DNA of 64,000 nt from an uncultured delta proteobacterium (GTDB lineage: Bacteria; Myxococcota; UBA727; VGSZ01): NCBI GenBank assembly GCA_963775425.1, contig CAVZJB010000011.1, positions 224,001 to 288,000 of the forward strand, in the 5' to 3' direction. Below, in pieces: positions 18,724 through 28,031 of this stretch. The stretch's first letter is position 1. Every line of letters begins with the position of its first letter. Position numbers and translations under genes: made by a program. A model generated the notes under the pieces. It saw only the letters and a program-made list of their open reading frames with translations, had not been told where the DNA came from and did not search any database.

Positions 18724-19800
18724 ATGTTGTCCGCGCTCGCGATCACGATGGCGATGTCCGCCGGCGCGTCCTTCGCCGTCGCCGTCGACGACCCCGCGGG
18801 CTGCCTCGAGCGGGAGGCCCTCGTCGCGCACGTGCGCGCCCGGCTCGCTCCCGACGAGGAGCTCGTGCCGCTCGCGCCGCCCGACGACGCGCGCACCATC
18901 CACGTCGAGGTCTCCGACGCCGACGGCGCGTTGCGCGCGGCGATCACCATCGACGGGGTCGACGGCGAACGCGTCGTCGGCCCGTTCGACACCTGCGCGC
19001 AGCTCACGCGGACCACCGAGGTCGCCGTCGCCGTCTTCCTCGACACCTTCCGTCTCGCGACTCCTCTCGCGCCCGTCGCGCCGCCGCCACCGGAGCCCCG
19101 CGCTCCTCCTGTTCCGCCGTCGCCCGCGCGCCCCGACGCGAGCCCGGGCGCGCGCCCCGGTCGCAAGTCACCGGCCGCCGCGCGCCCGGCGCCGCCCCCG
19201 CCGTCCCCGCCGCCCCCGTCCTCGCCGCCCCCGTCCCCGTCCCCGCCGTCCCCGCCGGCGCCGCGCCCGCCGGCGCTCGTGCCGACGAGCTTGGAGCTGT
19301 CGGGACGCCTCGGCGGGAGCGCCGGCCGCGGGCCGGGGTTGGGCGGGCACGCCGACGCCTCGGTCGCGTTTGTCGGTGGCGCCTGGTCGACGGGCGTCGG
19401 CGTCGGCGCCGATTGGAGCACGAGCCCGATCGGCCGCGGCTCCGCCACGGTCCTGCTCGCGGTCGTCGAGCCGCGGGCGTGCGCGAGGCTCGCGTTCGTC
19501 ATGGTCCCCGTCGGCGCGCGCTCGTCCGTCGAGACCTGCGCGCTCGTCGACGTCGGTGCGGCGCTGACGTTCGGCAGCGGCGTGCCCGACGCCAAGGGCG
19601 GCGTCGCGCCGCACCTCGCGCCGGGCGCCTCCATCGAGGTGTCGCTCGCGGTGACGAGGTCCCTGTCCGTGGTCGCCGGCGCCGCCGCCACCGTGCCCCT
19701 GGTGCGCGTGGTGCTGCGCGACTCCACGTCGGGCCGCGCGCTCTACGAGAGCCCATTGGCAAACGGCGTCGTCGCCGCCGGCGTTCGCGTTCCCTTCTGA
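18724..19800 (+). CDS. Exported protein: N-domain, Pro-rich linker, putative outer-membrane beta-barrel
   Basis: GGAGGAG SD; signal peptide; PPSPPP linker; alternating beta-strand pattern ending GVRVPF. Confidence 0.65.
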   Translation: MLSALAITMAMSAGASFAVAVDDPAGCLEREALVAHVRARLAPDEELVPLAPPDDARTIHVEVSDADGALRAAITIDGVDGERVVGPFDTCAQLTRTTEVAVAVFLDTFRLATPLAPVAPPPPEPRAPPVPPSPARPDASPGARPGRKSPAAARPAPPPPSPPPPSSPPPSPSPPSPPAPRPPALVPTSLELSGRLGGSAGRGPGLGGHADASVAFVGGAWSTGVGVGADWSTSPIGRGSATVLLAVVEPRACARLAFVMVPVGARSSVETCALVDVGAALTFGSGVPDAKGGVAPHLAPGASIEVSLAVTRSLSVVAGAAATVPLVRVVLRDSTSGRALYESPLANGVVAAGVRVPF

Positions 19801-19813
19801 TCGCAGGGAGCCC

Positions 19814-21922
19814 TCACGGCTTGGCGAGCTTGGCGCGCATCGTCTCGAAGAAGGCGGCGGCCGGATCGGCGACCTCGACGACGGGCGCCACCGGCAACAG
19901 GCAATGCGCGGGGATGTCGTCGAGGAAGCGCGAGCGCCGCCGCGCGATCATCTCGTGGCGGCGCCGGCGCGACCTGGCGAACGTGCACACGAGCGTCCGC
20001 TGCGCGCGCGTGATGCCGACGTAACACAGGCGCCGCTCCTCCTCGACGCCGCGCTCGCCGCTCTCCTCGACGACGCGCCGGTGCGGCAACAGCCCTTCTT
20101 CGAGGCCGACCAGGAACACGGTGGGGAACTCGAGGCCCTTGGACGCGTGCAGGCTCATGAGCTGCACCTTGCCCTTGGCCTTCTTCTTGTCGTCCTTGTC
20201 CTTGTCCTTGTCGCGCTCATCGTCGTCGAGGGCGACGCGATCGAGGAACGCGTCGAGCGCCCCGCGCTCCGCGCTCACCAGGCGGCTCTCCGCGAGGTCG
20301 GGCGCCTCCTCGGCGTCGCGCAGGCGATCGACGAAGGCGGCGAAGGCGTCGATGACCTCCTCGATGGACTCCACGAGGCGCTCGCGCGCCGACACGTCGG
20401 TCTCGCCGTCGACGAGCGCGGCCAGGCCCGCCTCGTCGATGGCCGCGCGCGCGATGCCGGCGAGGTCCGCGTCGGGATCGTGCTCGGCCTCGGCGAGGCG
20501 CGCGCGCACGTCGACGAGCGGGCGCGCGAACGACAGGAGCGCGTCGACCTGCGCGGGCTTGAGCGGCACGTCGGGCGCGCCGGCGGCGGCGTAGTCGACG
20601 GCGCCGACGCCCTTGTCCCGCGCGCCGGTGACGACGCGCGCGACGGTCTTTTCGCCGAGGCCGCGCGCCGGGAGGTTGACCGCGCGGCGAAACGCGAGCT
20701 CGTCATCGGGGCGCGCGATGCACGACAGGTACGCGATGGTGTCCTTCACCTCGCGTCGCTTGAAGAACTCCATGCCGCCGACGACGCGATAGGGCACGCC
20801 GCGGAGCCGCAAGGCCTCCTCGAAAAGTCGCGACTGCGGCGCCGCGCGGTACAGGACGGCCACGCCCTCCGCCGGGACCTTCTCCCGCATGACGAGGTCG
20901 AAGATGCGCGCGCCCACGGAGTCGGCCTCGGCGTCGCCGTCGTCGGCGGCGACGATCTCCACGGGCCGCCCCTCGCCGAGCACGCTGCGCAAGGTCTTGT
21001 CGCGCCGCGCGCGGTTCTTGGCGATGACGGCGTTGGCGGCGCCGAGGATGAGCCCGGTGGACCGGTAGTTCTCCTCGAGCTTCACCACGGCGCAGGGCTT
21101 GCCGTCTTTGCCCTGGAACTGCTGGTCGAAGGCGAGGATGTTTTCGAGGTCGGCGCCGCGGAAGGCGTAGATGGCCTGGTCGTCGTCACCGACCACGCAC
21201 AGGTTGCGCTCGGGCCCCACGAGCAGTTGCGTGATGAGGAGCTGGATCGGGTTCGTGTCCTGGTACTCGTCGATGTGCACCCAGCGAAAGAGCGCCTGGT
21301 AGCGCTTGCGCACGTCGGGCACGTCCTCGAGGAGCTCGCGCGCGCTCAACAGGAGGTCGTCGAAGTCGAGCGCCGCGAGGGCGCGCAGGTGGGCGGCGTA
21401 CGGCTTCCAGAGCTGCGCCGCGAGGAGCGAGATCGGGTCGCCGCCGGGCTCGGGCGGGTCGACGTCGCGGCGGATGCCCTGGTTCTTCCACAGCCCGATG
21501 CGCGACAGCACCATGCGCGGCTCCTTCTCCGACAGCTTGAGCTTCAGCTCGCGCGCGACGCGTTGCAGTTGCGCGAGCTGATCGCCCTCGTCGAGGATGG
21601 AGAAGCCGTTGGACAGCCCGATGCGGTGCGCGTCCCGTCGCAGCAGGCGCGCGCACAGCGAGTGGAACGTGGACACCCACACCCCGCGCGCGAGCTTCTT
21701 TCCCGCGAGGAGCACCAGGCGCTCCTTCATCTCCTTGGACGCCTTGTTGGTGAAGGTGACCGCGAGGATGGAGCGGGGGGGCTCCCCTTGCAGCAACAGC
21801 CGGGCGATGCGCGTGGTGACGACGCGCGTCTTCCCCGACCCCGCGCCCGCGAGCACGAGCATCGGGCCGGTGTCGTGGAACACCGCCGCCCGCTGCGCGT
21901 CGTTCAACCCGTCGTCGTGCAC
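19814..21922 (-). CDS. Second UvrD/Rep-family SF1A helicase (Rep-like, no Tudor domain)
   Basis: AGAGSGKT, IDEYQDTN, LEENYRST, SLHASKGLEF, EERRLCYVGITRA; short amphipathic tail FFETMRAKL. Confidence 0.9.
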   Translation of the reverse strand: MHDDGLNDAQRAAVFHDTGPMLVLAGAGSGKTRVVTTRIARLLLQGEPPRSILAVTFTNKASKEMKERLVLLAGKKLARGVWVSTFHSLCARLLRRDAHRIGLSNGFSILDEGDQLAQLQRVARELKLKLSEKEPRMVLSRIGLWKNQGIRRDVDPPEPGGDPISLLAAQLWKPYAAHLRALAALDFDDLLLSARELLEDVPDVRKRYQALFRWVHIDEYQDTNPIQLLITQLLVGPERNLCVVGDDDQAIYAFRGADLENILAFDQQFQGKDGKPCAVVKLEENYRSTGLILGAANAVIAKNRARRDKTLRSVLGEGRPVEIVAADDGDAEADSVGARIFDLVMREKVPAEGVAVLYRAAPQSRLFEEALRLRGVPYRVVGGMEFFKRREVKDTIAYLSCIARPDDELAFRRAVNLPARGLGEKTVARVVTGARDKGVGAVDYAAAGAPDVPLKPAQVDALLSFARPLVDVRARLAEAEHDPDADLAGIARAAIDEAGLAALVDGETDVSARERLVESIEEVIDAFAAFVDRLRDAEEAPDLAESRLVSAERGALDAFLDRVALDDDERDKDKDKDDKKKAKGKVQLMSLHASKGLEFPTVFLVGLEEGLLPHRRVVEESGERGVEEERRLCYVGITRAQRTLVCTFARSRRRRHEMIARRRSRFLDDIPAHCLLPVAPVVEVADPAAAFFETMRAKLAKP

Positions 21923-21952
21923 GGCGACCGAGCGTTAGCACGCCGGCGCGCA

Positions 21953-21971
21953 GCGGGGGACAAGCCCCCGC
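21953..21971. repeat. REP core palindrome copy
   Basis: GCGGGGGACAAGCCCCCGC is identical to 16547-16565. Confidence 0.7.
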
Positions 21972-21981
21972 GTCGGGGGCG

Positions 21982-22896
21982 TCAGAACTTGGTGTCGTCG
22001 CCCTGGATGCCGTTACAGCCGTCGACGACGAGCTCGGCGGGCTCCTGGCAGGTGGCGCCGGTGCCGTCGTCGAAGCAGTTGGCGGTGTCGCAGTCGTTGT
22101 CGTCGAGGCAGTCGTCGCCGACCTGGAGCTTGTCGGCGCAGACGGCGCCGCCAAGGCCGTTGATGTCGTTGCAGAAGTCGCTGCCGCACTCGCCGTCGAG
22201 GAAGCAGCCCTCGCCGTTTTGCTTCAGCACGATCTTCTGGCAGGTGTCGCCGTCGCAGAAGGTGCCGGGCTCGCACAGGCCGTCGGTGCCGGTGTCGGCG
22301 GTGCAGTCGTCGCCCTCCTTGCCGGGCGACTTGCAGGTGCCGGCCGCGGTGAGGAGGTCCTTGTTGTCGTTGGCGTTGTCGTCCTTGTTGAGCTCGCAAG
22401 CGCTGCCCGCGTCTGCACACTCGAAGGCCTCGAAGCAGCCCTTGCCCTCTTTGACCTTCCCGGTGCCGAACGCGAAGTTGCCGGCGCTGAAGCCGGCGCC
22501 GGAGCACTCGTCGCCGAGGTCGTCGGGGCGGAACACCTGCGAGGCGTCGCACGAGCTCAGCGCGTCGATGCCCGGCTTCAGGCACTTCTCCGCGAGCGCG
22601 CCGTCGTACTCGAAGCGCCCCTGGTTGATGGCGTCCTGGACCTCGAGCGAGTTGCCGCAGGCGGCGGTGCCGTTTTCGAGGAGCTCGTTGACGCACTCCC
22701 CCTCGTTCCTGAAGCCGGCGACGCCGAAGCCGTTGGCGAAGGCGCCCCGCTCGGCGGCGTTGCAGCACGAGTAGGTGAAGTGACAGAGCGCGCGGACCTC
22801 GCTCTCACACGCCTGATCGGCGTTGAACGGGAAGAAGAAGTTGCATGACGTGCCCGTGGAGAACGCGAGCGCGACGAGGAGGAAGGTGCGGCGCAT
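21982..22896 (-). CDS. Cys-rich lipoprotein
   Basis: MRRTFLLVALAFSTGTSC; many Cys; GxxCxxDxxC repeats; start reassigned to ATG 22896. Confidence 0.8.
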   Translation of the reverse strand: MRRTFLLVALAFSTGTSCNFFFPFNADQACESEVRALCHFTYSCCNAAERGAFANGFGVAGFRNEGECVNELLENGTAACGNSLEVQDAINQGRFEYDGALAEKCLKPGIDALSSCDASQVFRPDDLGDECSGAGFSAGNFAFGTGKVKEGKGCFEAFECADAGSACELNKDDNANDNKDLLTAAGTCKSPGKEGDDCTADTGTDGLCEPGTFCDGDTCQKIVLKQNGEGCFLDGECGSDFCNDINGLGGAVCADKLQVGDDCLDDNDCDTANCFDDGTGATCQEPAELVVDGCNGIQGDDTKF

Positions 22897-22951
22897 GTCC
22901 GGAGCTTGCCACACCGCAGGCGCGGCGCCCCACTTTCGGGCCGTGAGCGGC

Positions 22952-23881
22952 TCACTCGCGCTCGGGGCGGCCGGGCTCGAAGACGGCGTCGAGGCCGCGG
23001 GCGCGGAACCATTCGGCCATGGCGAGCTGCGCGGGCTTCTCGGTGCCGTAGTGCGTTCCGTCGACGACGGCGATGCCGGCGGCAGCCGCGCGTGCGCGAA
23101 ACGCGTCGTGGAGCGCGCGGACGAAGGGGATGCGGCACGGTGACGCGGCGTTGCCGGTGACGTACGTGGTGCACCCGCGCGCGAGCGCCTGCTCGAGCGG
23201 GGCGACGTCGGCGCCGCCGCCGGCGACCACAGCGACCCGACCCGCCGCACGCGCCGCAGCCGCGCGCGCCACGGGTCCGCGCCCCACGCCGCCGTCGGCG
23301 CGCGCGGCGATCGGGGCGCCGACGATGCGCACGGGGATGTCGTCGCCGAGCGTCGCCTTCAGGCGCGCGGCGAGCGCGGCGACGTCGAGGTCGCTGTCGC
23401 CGATGACGCCGGCGCCGCCGGGGAGGTCGGCGGTGGTGGGAAAGAACGGCTCCGTCGACGACAGGCCGAGCGCGCCGGCGATGAGGAGCGACGGGGACAC
23501 CTCGGGGTGGTGATCGAGGGGCGCGTGCGCCGTGTACACGCTGATTCCCTCGGCGCGAGCGCGCTCGAAGCTCGCGCGCGACCAGGGCGCGAACACGTCG
23601 CCGGTGGCGTCGTCTATCGGGTGCTCGGTGAACAGGAACGTCCCCGGCGCGAGGCGCGCGAACAGGGCGTCGCTCGGGAACACGCACGTGGCCACGCACG
23701 TGACGTCGTCGCCGCCCTTGAGCATGAGGCCGTTCCAGCGCTCCATCCAGCGCGGCTCGACGTACTCCTTCCAGGTCGGCGTCTCATAGACGACATCGAA
23801 GATCTCGGTCCAGTCGTCGTCGCGCACGGCGTCCACGCCGAAGAAGGCGTCGAGATCGCGCACGAGGTCATCGCGCCTCAT
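22952..23881 (-). CDS. NIF3/YbgI-like dinuclear metal-centre protein
   Basis: WNGLML, FTEHP, VYTAHAPLDHHP, VAGGG, GTHYGTE. Confidence 0.8.
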   Translation of the reverse strand: MRRDDLVRDLDAFFGVDAVRDDDWTEIFDVVYETPTWKEYVEPRWMERWNGLMLKGGDDVTCVATCVFPSDALFARLAPGTFLFTEHPIDDATGDVFAPWSRASFERARAEGISVYTAHAPLDHHPEVSPSLLIAGALGLSSTEPFFPTTADLPGGAGVIGDSDLDVAALAARLKATLGDDIPVRIVGAPIAARADGGVGRGPVARAAAARAAGRVAVVAGGGADVAPLEQALARGCTTYVTGNAASPCRIPFVRALHDAFRARAAAAGIAVVDGTHYGTEKPAQLAMAEWFRARGLDAVFEPGRPERE

Positions 23882-23893
23882 GGGAAGACGATG

Positions 23894-24973
23894 CTAGCGC
23901 GGGTCGAGGTTCTCGTCGAAAAGACAGACGCCGTCGTCGCTGTCCGGGGGCTCGGTCACCGAGTTGCCGTCGGGGCCCACGAACTCGACGAAGCTGTTGG
24001 TGCCGGTGTCGTCCCAGCACTGCGTCTCCTGCACGCCCGCGCCCGCGTCGCCGCCCGTGATGCCGCCGTGGGCGCGGCCCGCCTGCTCGGCGTTCCACGC
24101 GGCGGCGATGTGGAGGTCCTCGAGCCGCGGGGTGTTGTCGACGTCGCGCAGCGGGATGTCGGCGATGACCTCGAAGTCGAAGGTGCCCGAGCCGTCGGTC
24201 TCGCGCAGGAAGTCGTAGTGCAGCGGGGTGGCGGTGCTGCCGTCGGGACGCACGACGCCGTCGAGGTCGACGGTGATGTGGGTGTGCCCGTCGTTGTCGA
24301 ACTGGAAGCTCAGCTCACGTCCGAGCGTGCCGAAGTCCGGCAGGCGCGCGACCTCGAGGGTCATGTCGCCGCTGCCGCTGCGGGCGCCGCGGTCCTGGAT
24401 CTCGCCGGGGGAAAACGAGCCCGACAACAACACCGCGAGGCCGCTGTCGTCGTCGACGTCGGTGTCGCAGGTGACGTCCTTGCCCTTGCGGGGGCCGATG
24501 GGGCCCGCCACGGCGTGCAGGCAGAAGCCGAAGGTGGTGTCGTCGACGCGGTCCATCTCGAAGCGCGCGGTGAAGCCCTTGTCGGCGACGAAGAACGGCC
24601 CCCACACGCGCTTGCCGCGGGCGCGTGTGGTGGGCGGCTGCGCGGTGACGGCGTCGACGAGGTCGAGCAGGCTGAAGGTGAGGTTGTTGATGCCGCGCGC
24701 GGTCTGGCGGGCGGTGCAGCGCAGGTCGCCCTCGGCGCAGGCGGCCTCGAGCGCCTGTGACGTCGAGCTGTCGCTCGCGTTCGCCTCGCTGGCGGCGCCG
24801 GCGGGCCGCAGCTCCACCGCGCTCTTGGACGGCACGGCCGCGCGGAAGATCAGGTCCTCCTGCGACAAGTCCCCACACCCCGCGCCGAACGCGAGGAGCG
24901 CGAACGCCGCGGCGGTCCCGGCGGCGGACCAGCCGCGGCGGGGCTCTTCACAGGGGGGACGGGCGCTCATCAT
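23894..24973 (-). CDS. Lipoprotein of unknown function in the caspase operon
   Basis: Lipobox FGAGC; beta-rich body (VWGPF, AAWNAEQAGR, QCWD); starts 26 bp after the caspase stop. Confidence 0.75.
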   Translation of the reverse strand: MMSARPPCEEPRRGWSAAGTAAAFALLAFGAGCGDLSQEDLIFRAAVPSKSAVELRPAGAASEANASDSSTSQALEAACAEGDLRCTARQTARGINNLTFSLLDLVDAVTAQPPTTRARGKRVWGPFFVADKGFTARFEMDRVDDTTFGFCLHAVAGPIGPRKGKDVTCDTDVDDDSGLAVLLSGSFSPGEIQDRGARSGSGDMTLEVARLPDFGTLGRELSFQFDNDGHTHITVDLDGVVRPDGSTATPLHYDFLRETDGSGTFDFEVIADIPLRDVDNTPRLEDLHIAAAWNAEQAGRAHGGITGGDAGAGVQETQCWDDTGTNSFVEFVGPDGNSVTEPPDSDDGVCLFDENLDPR

Positions 24974-24999
24974 GATCTTGGACACAGCTCCGGGCGACC

Positions 25000-26622
25000 C
25001 TAGAAATCGAACCACACCGAAGCGATCCCGTCGAGCAGCGCGAGGGATCTGACTTCGTCCACGTTGTAGGGAAGGTACTGCGCGCGGCCCATCACTTCGA
25101 CGTGGCCCCAGTGCGCGAAATTCCAGCCCACCAGGGCCACCAGGCCGGGGCTGAAGGTGAGGTAGCTCTGCTCGGCGATGGGCGCCCCCGAGAGCTGGTG
25201 GTGGAACCAGTACGCGGCCGTGCGCGCGCCCCCCGCGAGGAGGAGCTGCTCGTCGACGAACCGCTCCTCCCACAACAGCGACGCCCCCGCCTCGAGCTGC
25301 GTGACCTGCGTCGGATAGGAGGCCACGCCGAGGGCGCCGCCGTCCGCCGTGCGCACCGTCTGCACGCTGCCCACGCCGACGTCGAGGCTGCCGATGAGGT
25401 GCGTGCGCAACAGGTTGTGCGCCCGCGCCTCCAGCGTCACGAACGGCAAGGAGGGGAACAGGCCGCCGTCGTTGGCGCCGTCGACGACGACCTGGCCGCC
25501 GAAGCCCAGCGACAACGACCACCCGACGGCGCGCTCGACCGTGTCCGACAGGATGGGCGTCCCCTTGGCGTAGTCGTCCTGGAAGCTCACCGTCTCCATG
25601 GTCTGGTCATTGACGGTGAACACGCCCTTCTGTCGGGCGCTCAGGCGCTGCATCAACAGGTGCGAGTCGAGGCGCTTCTTGATCGCGTATTGCCCCGTGG
25701 GCAGCGCGATGCGCGAGGCGGCGCCCGCGTCTTTGTCGACCTCGGCCACGAAGAGCTGCCGGTCGAGATCGACGACGAAGTAGCGGCCCTCGAGCGCCGC
25801 GGGGAAGTTGATGACGACGTCCGCGTCGCCGGGCTCGGTGAGCACGACGTCGCCGGCGCCGCGCAGGTCGTAGGCGTACGTGGGGTGCTGCGCGCCCGCG
25901 CGGGTCACGGCCGTGGCGGCGACGGTGCGGCCGTAGGCGTAGGCGTAGGCCTCCTCGAGGGTGACCTTGCCGTCGTGGTTCTTGTCGGCGTCGCCGCGCA
26001 GCCCCGTGGCCAGGTAGTGCGTGAAGAACGAGCCCTGGATGTCGTCGCTCTCCTGCGAGACCTCGTTGGCCGACGACGACGTGATGATCACCTGCCCCTT
26101 GGCCGAGAGGTTCTCGTCGACGGCGACCACGAAGGGCGGCGCGATGGTGCCGCCCTTCTCGCGGATCATGGCGCCGGCGCCGCAACTGTCGATGAAGGCG
26201 AGCCGCACGTCGGCGCTCGAGCGCTCGAGGCGCGTGCGCACCGTCTGCATGTCGAGCATGGAGTCGCCCAGGCGCAGCACGCCGTTTTGCGCGTGGCCCG
26301 AGTAATAGAAGAGGAACACCACCTCGTCGCCCTTGGCCTTGGCCTCCGAGACGCGGCGCTCCACCTCGTCCATGGTGTTCAAGACCGCGGCGGCGTCGCC
26401 GTCGATGACGGAGAGCATGTCGGCGCGGGTGAAGCCGCCGAGCTCCGCGAGCACGTCGGCGAGGCGCGCGCCGTCGCGCTCGGGGTAGCGCAGCGCGGGG
26501 AGCCCGGGGCCGCCTTCGTGGTTCGCCACGATGAGGGCGAAGCGCTCGGTCTTCGCAACGGCCGGCGCCGCCCCGAGCAGGGCGGCGAGGACTCCGGCCA
26601 GGAAGAGGGCGCGATTGCGCAC
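25000..26622 (-). CDS. Exported caspase/metacaspase (peptidase C14) with putative C-terminal beta-barrel
   Basis: Signal peptide; RFALIVAN, YYSGHA (His), IDSCGAG (Cys), GSFFTHYL..GLRGDAD..DGKVTL, QHP; amphipathic strands ending SVWFDF. Confidence 0.88.
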   Translation of the reverse strand: MRNRALFLAGVLAALLGAAPAVAKTERFALIVANHEGGPGLPALRYPERDGARLADVLAELGGFTRADMLSVIDGDAAAVLNTMDEVERRVSEAKAKGDEVVFLFYYSGHAQNGVLRLGDSMLDMQTVRTRLERSSADVRLAFIDSCGAGAMIREKGGTIAPPFVVAVDENLSAKGQVIITSSSANEVSQESDDIQGSFFTHYLATGLRGDADKNHDGKVTLEEAYAYAYGRTVAATAVTRAGAQHPTYAYDLRGAGDVVLTEPGDADVVINFPAALEGRYFVVDLDRQLFVAEVDKDAGAASRIALPTGQYAIKKRLDSHLLMQRLSARQKGVFTVNDQTMETVSFQDDYAKGTPILSDTVERAVGWSLSLGFGGQVVVDGANDGGLFPSLPFVTLEARAHNLLRTHLIGSLDVGVGSVQTVRTADGGALGVASYPTQVTQLEAGASLLWEERFVDEQLLLAGGARTAAYWFHHQLSGAPIAEQSYLTFSPGLVALVGWNFAHWGHVEVMGRAQYLPYNVDEVRSLALLDGIASVWFDF

Positions 26623-26628
26623 GTCGGG

Positions 26629-27495
26629 CTACCTCGGGGCGACCTTCACGATGTGCACCGAGCCTTGCACGTAGGCGTCGGGGAGCGGCAAGCGCTCCGT
26701 CGACACGAGATCGGCGTGGGACGACGCCAGCTCTTGCGCGGCCTTCTCGACGCGGGCGCGCACGGCGGCGACGTCGCCGTCGCCGTAGACGACGAAGAAG
26801 CGCTCGGGCCCGGTGCTGTCGTCGAGGACGACGCTGTCGGGCAACAGGCGAGGCTTGTCGTCCGCGGCCGGCGCGGGGCCCTTGGCGCGGCCGGCGACGT
26901 CCTCGGCGTCGTACACCGTGACCTCGCCGCGGCCGTCGACGCCGACGAGGACCATGGCGTTGTGCGCGGCGTGCTCGCGGACGGCGAACTGGATCTGGTC
27001 GCCGGCGCCGAGCCGTTCGCCTTCGTGGCCGAAGTGCGCGTTGTGACCATCGCGCACGAAGAAGCCGACGCTGGCCTCGCCGCCCTTGATGCCATTGCCC
27101 CCGGCGCGCCCGTCGCTCGGCGGACGCGTGACGACGATGATGACGGCGGCGGCGGCGACGACGGCGCCGAGGCCGGCTTGCACCCGCAGGCTCTTGAGGG
27201 GCGCGAGGAGCGCGGCGACGACGGAGGCGAAGCCGGAGGCGTGGGCGGTGACGCGGCTTTCGTGCTCCGCGAGGAAGCGCTCGAGCGGGACCTCGAGGCG
27301 GAGGGCGGCGTCGGCGGCGCGCTGCTCGTCGACGAGGGCGTCGTGGCGCGCCTTGAGGGCGGCGTCGCTCGCGAGGAGCCCGGCGATGGCGCTGCGGCGC
27401 TCGGCGTCGAGCTCGCCCGCGATGTAGCGCGAGAGCTCGAAGCCGCTGACGGCGGGCTCCGGGATATCGAGGGGGGGCAGGCGGAGGGTGGGCAT
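26629..27495 (-). CDS. Single-TM anti-sigma-like (ActD/DUF4384-like) protein
   Basis: N-terminal ELSRYIAGELDAERR; TM LGAVVAAAAVIIVV; IKGG; LGAGDQIQF, VGVDGRGEVTVY, LPDSVVLDDSTGPERF. Confidence 0.75.
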   Translation of the reverse strand: MPTLRLPPLDIPEPAVSGFELSRYIAGELDAERRSAIAGLLASDAALKARHDALVDEQRAADAALRLEVPLERFLAEHESRVTAHASGFASVVAALLAPLKSLRVQAGLGAVVAAAAVIIVVTRPPSDGRAGGNGIKGGEASVGFFVRDGHNAHFGHEGERLGAGDQIQFAVREHAAHNAMVLVGVDGRGEVTVYDAEDVAGRAKGPAPAADDKPRLLPDSVVLDDSTGPERFFVVYGDGDVAAVRARVEKAAQELASSHADLVSTERLPLPDAYVQGSVHIVKVAPR

Positions 27496-27506
27496 GGCGT
27501 GGTCCC

Positions 27507-28031
27507 CTAGATCGGGGCCTCCTGGAACTCGATGCCGGGCACGGCCTTTTGGATCTCGTCGCGGGCGACCGCGATGAACTCACGAAGGCGCTTGCGCAGC
27601 GTCGGCGCGCTGAGGTTCACGAGGGCGCAGATCTCGGACTGCGTCATTTCGTCGACGAAGTAGTAGGTGGCGATCTCGGCGAGCTCCGGCTCGACCCTGG
27701 CCATGGCCACGCGCAGCAACTGGTGGCTCTCGGCGAGGGACTTGAGCTCGACGGGCGGCGCGCCCTCGACTTCCGCTTTGTATTTGTCGTGCCAGGCGGC
27801 GCGCTTGGCGCGAATGACGTTCAAGCAATGGTTGGTGGCGATGCGGGTCATCCACGTGATGGGGCTCGACTCACCGCGAAACTGCGCGAGGTTCTTCTGC
27901 ACCTTGATGAAGACGTCGTGCATGGCGTCCCTCGCCTCTTCCTTGTCGCGCAGCAGGTACAGACATCGTGCGTACACGCGGCTCCCGTACTTCGTGTAGA
28001 GCTCCGTCAGGAGCTCTCGATCGCTCGCCAT
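27507..28031 (-). CDS. ECF RNA polymerase sigma factor
   Basis: LYTKYGSRVYARC..EARDAMHDVF, FRGESSPITWMTRIATNHCLN, EMTQSEI..LSAPTLRKRL; start 28031 or 28052. Confidence 0.92.
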   Translation of the reverse strand: MASDRELLTELYTKYGSRVYARCLYLLRDKEEARDAMHDVFIKVQKNLAQFRGESSPITWMTRIATNHCLNVIRAKRAAWHDKYKAEVEGAPPVELKSLAESHQLLRVAMARVEPELAEIATYYFVDEMTQSEICALVNLSAPTLRKRLREFIAVARDEIQKAVPGIEFQEAPI

